From the NCBI GenBank assembly GCA_051294375.1, contig CM119269.1:10351056-10415055 (forward strand): 64,000 nucleotides of DNA, given 5' to 3'. Source of the stretch: Paraspadella gotoi. Its lineage: Eukaryota; Animalia; Chaetognatha. The translations under genes and the position numbers were made by a program. This document shows, piece by piece, positions 38,321-59,900 of the stretch. Below the pieces are notes generated by a model. It searched no databases. It saw only the letters and a list, made by a program, of their open reading frames with translations, and had not been told where the DNA came from. How positions within the stretch are numbered: position 1 is the stretch's first letter; the number at the start of each line of letters is the position of its first letter.

Positions 38321-41168
38321 CTCTCTATCTCTTTCTCTCTCAGTCTGAAAGGGGGAATCAATTAAACTTCCGTCACTATGAGGATGTAGCTTAAAAAACA
38401 CTTTCGCCGGTCCCTCTGATGTCGTTAAATTCAAGTTTAACGGTTCATGTACATCTTTTGAAAGATGATGATAAAAAAAAAGTGTTTTCTATTTCTTTCA
38501 ATCGAGTCTAACTCGCTATCTATCGTATTCATTCTTTCTCTTATTATCTCCAATCTCGCTGAATATCAGTTTGTGTTTATTCACAGGACGATCAGGACGA
38601 CTCGTTACAGTCCGCCAGCCCCACCCTTCAGAATAAAACACTCTCGGAGTCGAAGGCAAAAGTAAAATATAAATAAATATAAAAAATATAAAAATATAAT
38701 GCTAGACAACTAAATACTAAATAATAACTCCAGAAAGATCGAATGGAGCGATGCTGTCTATTAATAGTAGTAATACTATCAAGTCCGAATTAAGTTATAA
38801 CCGAATTTTTTCAGGCCGACCACGGAAAAAAAGTAAAAGTAGCAACGGAGATGGAGAAAACTTCAACAGCTAAAACAGACGTGACCGAAAAGTCCGACGC
38901 GTCGTCGTCGTTATCAAAACAGCAAGTAAGTTTGAATTAAAAACAAAAGCGAAAAGGCGCCACCGAGACTCGAACTCGGGATCTCTTGTTTACAAGACAA
39001 GCGCTTTTACCAACTAAGCCATGGCGCCCTGCCCGATATCTTAACCTCAGCACAAACGGAGTTTCGAGGAAGAGATGGAATACGTCCTTCGAGAGACGCC
39101 CTTCCGGTGGCGGATCAGAAAAGGTTTTGTCCCCAATATGATTGTCGACGGCGTATTCTTCGTCAACAAGCATCTCGAAGAACTTACCTTCGAGGAGCTG
39201 GCAACGTCGACCCGACCAGAAGGCAATCCGGGTGGCTTCGTGCCCGCCCTCAAACAGATCGCCAACGTGGCGGCGTTACCAGGCATCGTGACGTACTCCA
39301 TCGGGCTGCCCGACGTTCACTCCGGATACGGATTCGCCATCGGCAACGTTGCCGCCTTCGACATGAACGATCCTGAGGCTGTTGTCTCGCCTGGTGAATC
39401 TTGGATTAAACGATATAAAGATGAATATAGATAAATATAGGAATGAAGGAATCTGAAAAAATTTTCAGAATTGTCATTCTGACAAAGCGATATTATTCAT
39501 TGATTGAATTTCTTTCGTCTTTACTTGCCAGCAGTAAAATAATAAAAATGAATAACTTCATTTTATTTAATTTAAATTTTAAGAAAACGCTATAATTCAA
39601 TAGATTTCAATGAAATGATATGATGTTTCAATAACTTTCTCCGCCTGTGGGCATTAAAGTTTCCTACTTATCCCACCAGGCGGCGTCGGATTCGATATCA
39701 ACTGTGGCGTCCGTTTGATCCGTACCAACCTGACGGAGGCGGAGGTGTCGCCAGTCAGAGAGGAGTTGGCCCAGGCGCTCTTCGATCACATCCCGGTCGG
39801 CGTCGGAGCCCACGGCATCATCCCCATGACGAGCAAAGAGATCGACGACGCCATCGAACAAGGCGTCGACTGGTGCGTGAAAAAGGGCTATGCCTGGCCC
39901 GAGGACGGCAGGCACTGCGAGGAGCAGGGCCGCATGCCCAACGCCGACCCGTCCAAGGTCAGCGAGCGGGCCAAGAAGCGGGGCCTGCCGCAGCTCGGCA
40001 CTCTCGGTGCGGGGAACCACTACGGAGAGGTGCAAGTCGTCGAGGAGATTTTCGACGCTCAAGCCGCGGAGGCGATGGGCATCAAGAGCGTTGGGCAGGT
40101 GGTGCTGATGATCCATTGCGGCAGTCGAGGACTGGGTCATCAAGTGGCCACCGACGCGTTAATTAACATGGAGAAAGTGATGAAGGCCCAAGGCGTGGCC
40201 GTCAACGATCGGCAATTGGCCTGTGCCAGGATCGATTCGCCAGAGGGACAGAACTACTTGGCGAGCATGGCGGCCGCCGCCAACTACGCCTGGGTTAATC
40301 GATCTTCTATCACATACACAGCGAGGGAGGCCTTCTCTAAGGTGAGGAGAAAAAAAAGGCGTTTCTCATTGTTCTTTGTTTGATTATTTTGTTTGCAAAC
40401 CACTCATTAGCTAATGGTCCGTTCAAGTCGCATTTTAATTTGTTAATCACATGGCTCATAAATTTTTAAAAATCAAATACGTAACAGGTTCTAGAAAAAT
40501 CTTATTTGCTTTGGCAGGTCTTTAAGAAATCCCCCCGCGACTTGGACATGCACGTCGTTTATGACGTGTCACACAACATCGCCAAGATTGAAGATCACAT
40601 CGTCAACGGCGAACCAAAGAAGCTCCTCGTCCACCGCAAAGGCTCCACCAGAGCCTTTCCCCCGGGCGACGACAGGATCCCGGAAGATTACAAAGAGATT
40701 GGGCAGCCCATTCTCATCGGCGGCACGATGGGGACGTGTTCTTACGTGTTGACAGGGACGGAGGAGGGTATGCCAATCGGGGCTAAGTTCATGATGTTCT
40801 ACTAAATTTCTTACATATCGTCAGATATTTATATTATATACATTATATTAAGTCAAGTTTTTTTTCGTTTAATATCATTAAAAAAAACTCTCTCCCTTCC
40901 AGGAATGAGGACGACCTTCGGCTCGACGTGTCACGGTGCCGGTCGCGTCCTCTCGCGCGCCCGAAGTCGACGCGAGCTCGATTCCGACGCCATCTTGCGG
41001 CGTCTCCAAGAAAAGAAGATCGCCATCCGCGTGGCGTCGCCCAAACTGGTGATGGAGGAGGCGCCCGAGTCTTACAAGAACGTGGACGAGGTCATCGAGA
41101 CGTGTCACGCGGCCGGCATCTCTAAGAAGACGCTCAAGCTGAGGCCAATCGCCGTCATTAAAGGATGA
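35601..41168 (+). CDS. RTCB: RNA-splicing ligase RtcB (tRNA/XBP1 ligase catalytic subunit) with a predicted N-terminal extension
   Basis: Core exons 39051-39393, 39680-40341, 40518-40767 and 40903-41168 encode [64 protein letters not shown] and the C-terminus LRPIAVIKG*. Metal-binding residues and the guanylated His are present. Less certain upstream in-frame phase-0 exons are 35601-35720, 35961-36032, 37995-38102, 38587-38661 and 38815-38925. An alternative ATG is at 38851. Confidence 0.95.
36092..37530. mobile_element. Non-autonomous TA-flanked DNA transposon (Tc1/mariner/pogo-type) in an RtcB intron
   Basis: ~27-bp TIR CCATGATGGA(8-9)GTGTCGCGG at both ends. TA on both sides (36090-91 and 37531-32). 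No transposase ORF. Confidence 0.8.
37616..37658 (+). ncRNA. Minimal type I hammerhead ribozyme-like motif in an RtcB intron
   Basis: AACG-CTGATGA-A-GACTC-GTAACAA-GAGTC-GAAAC-AA-GTA-CATT. Core intact. Stem II covaries relative to the other copies (GACTC/GAGTC vs GGCTC/GAGCC). GUA triplet; one mismatch in stem I. Confidence 0.7.
38955..39028 (-). tRNA. tRNA-Thr (anticodon TGT), intronless, antisense within an RtcB intron
   Basis: Minus strand GGCGCCATGGCTTAGTTGGTAAAAGCGCTTGTCTTGTAAACAAGAGATCCCGAGTTCGAGTCTCGGTGGCGCCT. Acceptor stem GGCGCCA/TGGCGCC, A box, anticodon arm CTTGT-CT[TGT]AA-ACAAG, T arm CCGAG-TTCGAGT-CTCGG, then T-runs (Pol III terminator). Confidence 0.95.
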
Positions 41169-41597
41169 GGAAGAGAGGAAGAGAAGAGCGTGGCGAGGGT
41201 TATCTTGAAAAAAGAAAAGAAAAGTAGGAAAGGAGGAAAAAAGGGTGAACTTTTATCGCAGGGAGAGAAGTCCGAATACTTAAAGAATTTTCATGAAAAC
41301 TTTTGGGCCATGTCAAGGCTTATGAATAAAGATCGGGCAAGGGCAAAGGCCTCGTCTTCGGTTGCTATCATCGTGACGGTGGGAGATTCTTTTCCATTAC
41401 ATTCATGTATTTATATTTCATGTTCTACTTCTACTTTTTTTATTCTTTTGATTTTGTCGATGAATAAACTGAATGTCGAAAATCATCTTGCACAAAAAAT
41501 CAATAATCAGATTCTTTTTTTTTTTAAATTTGACTTCATATTGACATGTTCTTGTCTGTAGGACATCTTTAAAACTGTTTTAAATGTAGTAGAGTAA

Positions 41598-41646
<49 letters not shown>

Positions 41647-42083
41647 CTCTTGATTTGTCATCACTCTCAAACTAGGATGTCCGACCGCATGCGGCATCTA
41701 TCGATACCAATTAAAGGAAATATACGCTTTAGTTATAGTACATAATATCTGAAACAAAATTATCTTAACAAACTTCTTAACCCCATTTAAATAGTTCCAT
41801 TCCTCCGCCTCCCCTCCCAAAGCCTTACCTCTCACCTCCACACGCCCCCCCCCCAGCCTCCCCCACTCGATGCGCGCACGTTTCAAAGAACAAAATGTCA
41901 TTCGTCAAACGTCACGGGGGCTGCAGCCCGAGGCCACCGGGGGCGTCTCCGGGAGAGGTGCCGCTCCGTTGTTGGTGACGATCCTGGGCAGGTGCGGGCA
42001 GGTGTGAGCAGGTGAAGACCGAAAGCGCCTCCTGGCGTGACGTCTGACGGCGGAGATGAAGCGTGGGATTTTCTCCCTCGCGA

Positions 42084-42136
<53 letters not shown>

Positions 42137-42257
42137 GTGTTAGAGTTAAAGAAAGAGAGACACCAAGAGTCATAGACTGGAGAATATTTTTCTTTTGATG
42201 AAAGTTATTTTTGGATTTGGTGGTCATTTCTAGGACTATGTACTTTTTATACGTAAG

Positions 42258-42478
42258 TGGTTGATGGACTAAAATTCATCAAAAAAAAAAATCCAGCGAC
42301 CATTTGTGCAGGAGGCAAGTCATTCGCCTCCCAACCCAAAGATCCGGGGTTCTGGCACGGTGGTTGCCTAGCGCTTACCCCCCCTGTAACACGATGTTAC
42401 AGCCTGATCCGAAGCTCAGGGACTGCTTATATTGAACGGTTCTGTCATTAACACGCAACAACCATTACTGTCTCTTCA
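42258..42478 (+). repeat. Partially deleted copy of the structured dispersed element
   Basis: ggaggcaagtcattcgcctcccaacccaaag...ctgtaacacgatgttacagcctgatccgaagctcagggactgcttatattgaacggttctgtc. Confidence 0.8.
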
Positions 42479-43339
42479 ATCCGAAACAATGCATATAATA
42501 ATATTGCTGCACTCAGTTTCATATAATTTAAACGATCAGTTTACGTTATTACTATTTATTGTATTGAAAGATAAAGTCACTCCTCAGACTAATATCATTA
42601 TCATGTTGTTCAGGAATCACTAGCGAGATTGGTAACCGGGCGTAAGACGAGCTTAGTAATGTCCTGTCTTAAGAATATCAGTACACCTGTAGTGCCACGG
42701 ACAGGACAAATTACCGCCTGTTACTAGCTAGTTTCAGAATTTCGGATTTGATTGTAGTCCGCCACTACAATCAAGTCCACTTGGTAATGGTAGGAAGAGA
42801 ATTCTCGCTCTTACTACTCCGGGGCTGCGCTGACAGAATCGCTGACAGAATCGCTGACAGAATCGCGCGGGTGGCGATAGTGAATGTGTTGCCACACGCC
42901 TTTCATCGCTTCGCTCGGGAACCCTAATCGGCCAATCATGGTCTCAATCGTTTCCGTGACGTTGGATCGGAAGAGCAGCTTCAAGATTGTTGTTACGGGT
43001 AACGTTGTCTTTGTTGTTGACGGACATTGCCTACAGTTGCACAGGCAATGTTGAATCATGTTGTCTTTATCGACGTCGTCAGCATAGTTTCTTCAATTAA
43101 CTATTAATTCTGATTCGGCCGAAGAACCTGCATCAAAGCGGATTCGAACCCGCGACCGTCCCTCCTCAGTACCGCATCAGGACAAGTCACGACGACGTTT
43201 TGACGATGACTGCGACAACAACAACAATGACGACAACGACTCCAACGACCTCTGGAGGAAACGGGAGGAAGAATAAGTCGAAATCACGTGATCAGCTCCA
43301 TGCGCCTTTTTGAACCGAAATCTTGCGAATTCGTGCCAC

Positions 43340-56045
<12,706 letters not shown>

Positions 56046-56999
56046 CTGTTTCCCCTTCTTCTCGTTGTCTGTTTTTTATAAAAAGTGGCTGAATTCTTCC
56101 TCTTTGGTGGCCAGAGTAAATCCGAAGCAACCCCCCCCATCCGACGAAGCTGGCTGGGGCCTCAGGTTGGCGGGCGGCGGCGGCGTGACGCAACGGCGTC
56201 CCTGGAGGGTCGTTTGCAGCGACGCTTCTGACACACCTTCAAAGTTCAACCCTCCGTCGGAAACAAAAGAACGCATCTTCGATAAGACGGTCGGCGATAA
56301 TGTCCGCCGAGATTTGGGAGTGAGACAGGATGGAAGAAGAGAAGAAAAAAGGGATGAAGAATACAACTAAAGATAATAATAAATGAGATAAACATAGAAA
56401 AGAAGAAAAAAAAAAAGAAGTAAAAAGATGAGAAAAATCTAAAATCTAAAAACAATTGCATTAATAAATCTTTAATTTGAGTACGTCGCATTTTTAAACA
56501 TAAGAGTTTTGAGAAATATATACATTTTAGATACATTCATTCTAAAAACAAACATTTCGGGTCAAATTAATTAATTTATTAATTAAATGATTATTTTAGT
56601 TTATATAGTTTTTATTAATTAATTAATTAATTACCTCTAATGATCGTGGGCAGATCCGACATTGTTTGCTCAAACTTTTTTTTTTTTTTTTCATTTAAAC
56701 TCATTTACACTTGGACGATTTGGAATTCAAACTCAATCTCACATTTCCTCATCTACACATAAATTTTCAAGTCAATCGCCTGATTGTTTGTCTTGCGATG
56801 ATATAGAATCGCAAAAAGAAAGTTAAAACTACGAGTGACCGTAATTCTCGTCCCTAACTTTTTTACTTTTTAAAAAACCGGTCTAAACCGGTTAAACCTG
56901 GGCAACAAACAAATTTTTGCTTACTGGTTCTTAGTTGTCAAAAAGTTTTTTATTTACCAAATTAAACCAAATAAACATCAATGAGAAATGTTAAAAACA

Positions 57000-59900
57000 A
57001 TGGAAGGAGCAGAAGTAATCTTTTTGTTTGCTCTTGTTTTGTCATTTTCGAATGCGGCTATCAATCTGAAATTTGGGAAAAACTTTGAAACTTCCGCCTT
57101 TATTGACGAGTTAAAAAAAATAAATTTGAGAAACACGAGGTAATTCAAGTTAGAGGAACCAAAAGCAACCAACAGATGAATTATTAAAAAAAAAAAATTG
57201 CTTGTAGGTTACATAAAAATGATGAGCCTGAGCTTATGATCAATCGGGCAAACGACTGTCAAATAGCCTGTCAATACACTCCGTCAAGTGTCCTTCAGCA
57301 TCGCATGGATATTTGGAGCTGCGGATGGCGAACTCATTCCAGCATTCCTGGCATCGACTTCCGGAAAAAACCAGGTATTATGGTGGACTAAAATTCACCA
57401 ACCGTTCATCAGCGGCCATTGGTGCCGGAGGCAAGTCATTCGCCTCCCAACCCAAATGTCCGGGGTTCTAGCCCGGTGGCCGCCTAGTAGTTAAGAGGGA
57501 CGGGGCGCTTAACCCGTCTGTAACACGGTGTTACAGCCTGATCCGAAGCTCAGGGACTGCTTATATTGAACGGTTCTGTCACTATCACATAACAATAATT
57601 ACTGTCTCTTCAGTATCAAGTTGGTGAAGATCCCTCGAAGTCTGAAGGGAAAACTCACGTTTACGTAATAATAGCCCAAAGTTCATTTTTTCCTTGTCCA
57701 TTAAGTAATGTAAATAAGTTCTGTAATGTAAACATATTCAAGTATCGTTTAAAGATAACGAAAATAGAAAACAGAAGGGAAAGAGTGAGGAGATAAGGCG
57801 GTTTTTTCTGTATACACTATACAATATAAACTATACAGTATACACTACACTGTTTTCTTTTTGTTTCAGGTTGTGAGAACCTTACAAAAGTTATGATGAA
57901 TAATGCAACTACCCTAAAAGAAGAAAAGATGAAAAACGTGCAAAACAAAACTTTCTCGCTTCTTTTTACGAATCTTGGATTAAAAAACTTGGAAGATTTT
58001 TTTTTAGAAGATTTTTATAATTTAATAGGTCTCATGTTCATGCAAAATAATATTAAAAATATTAAAAAAAACACGTTTAAAATGAAAGGAGGAAGCCAAA
58101 TGATATTTCTGATTTTATTGAATAACGGAATCGATAACCTCGATCAACTAGTTTTCAAAGAATTAAGGTGTTTGTCTTTTATACTGATAAGAGAAAATAT
58201 TTCATTGAACATAACATCGGAAACTTTCGGCGTATTGAATTTTTTAAATTATTTAGATTTATCGAAAATATATAACTTAACGATAACACCTGACGCTTTC
58301 AGGAATAACTATTTTTTGCACTTTTTGAAAATTGCGGGAACCCAACTATCAACTTTTGAAATGGAAAGGTTTTTTGGTAATCCTTTTTCTCAACACAATT
58401 TTTTAAGTGTGGATAATAATTTAATCCGTGAATTAAGATTTACTTACAAAAATCCAATGCCTGTACGAATTGTTTCTGCAGAAAACAATTCGATATCCAA
58501 AATATCAGAAAGTACATTCAAAAAACTGACAAAAACTCAGGAGCTTTTTCTTCTGGGCAACCCAATTGAAACTATAGGCAAAAACGCATTTTCGTTTTTG
58601 ACAAGACGAGGCTCAACAATATCAATTGGTTGCGGACGATTCTACAGAAAAAATCTGAAAATGAAATTGCACCAAGATGCTTTTAAAAATATTGTTGATA
58701 TTTCATCTCTGACCATAGAGGGATGTTTGTCGGAATTAAAAGATAATACTTTGTACAATATTTCAATAATAAGTTTAATCATTAAAAAAAATCTAGATTT
58801 GGAAAAGATTTTCAACAAATCATTTTATGGGGTACGGAATACAATAAATTTAGACTTAAGTTACAATAATTTAAATTTTATTGATGAGCTGGCTTTTGTT
58901 TCATTCTCAGAATTAAAAACCCTAAGATTAGACAATAACAATTTGAAAAACTTGTATCCAAGTTTATTTGATCAGGCAACATCTCTTAAAAACGTTAACT
59001 TAGCTAATAATCGACTTGGAAGTATCCCAGAAACCTTATTTAAAAATCAAATGAATTTACAACAATTAAATTTGGAAAAAAACTCTCTTTCTAGCTTTAA
59101 AAAAAAATTTTTTAATGGTACAAAATATTTAAAAATTCTCATTCTAAATAACAATAATTTTAATGCGATGCACCAAAATTGGATGTTTGAATTGAAAGAT
59201 TTATACCAATTAGACTTGTCAAATAATTTCATTACTAATATTTACGATATATATTTAAATTCTGATATCTTACATGATTTAGATTTGAGTTATAACTTAC
59301 TTGTTACAATCCCATCTGACGTATTTATCCATGTATCATATATCAAGAAATTGAATCTACGAGGGAATAAAATCATGCATTTTGAGCCGCTATCATTCGT
59401 AAAGCATCTTACATTTCTGGATATAAGTTACAATAACATTTCAAATTTGAATGGATTTTTCTCTAAAACTGATATTTTTCAACCAAGCCAAAAGATTACT
59501 GTTCTGTTAAACAATAACTTATTGAAAGAAATAGCTCTTAATGAATTTCTATACTTTGCAAGTGATTTATACCTCAATCTAAGCAGTAATTATTTGACAA
59601 ATACATTATTTCTTGATATAAATTTTGGGAAATTACCGAAATCAGTAGATTTTAGTTATAACAACATTAAATCTCTATCCAAAAGTAACATTGATACTTT
59701 ACAAAAAATTCATTCCGTTTTTTTGCTTGGCAACAAATGGCGATGTGACTGCGAAAATCTAGCACTCATGTATTATTTATCTACTTTTAAAATTTTTCCT
59801 TGTTGTCCGCCCGGTTGTGATTGTTATATAGAAGTACAACAGTTGACAAGACATTTTGTTATCAACTGTTCCTTCACGAAACAGCCAGATCTACCTCCCT

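Noticed and set aside
42814-43059. 81-aa minus-strand ORF (MIQHCLCNCRQC...)
   Set aside because: No recognisable domain and no in-frame exon chain could be assembled. It may be an exon of an unseen gene but is unsupported here.
43133-43165. B-box-like GGTTCGAATCC on the minus strand as a tRNA gene
   Set aside because: No A box, anticodon arm or acceptor stem can be built; at most a SINE fragment.
57420-57500. Twister or HDV-like ribozyme within the structured repeat (ccggggttctagcccgg)
   Set aside because: Only a superficial likeness to twister P4/L4. The conserved loop residues and pseudoknot partners could not be placed, so the element is left unclassified.
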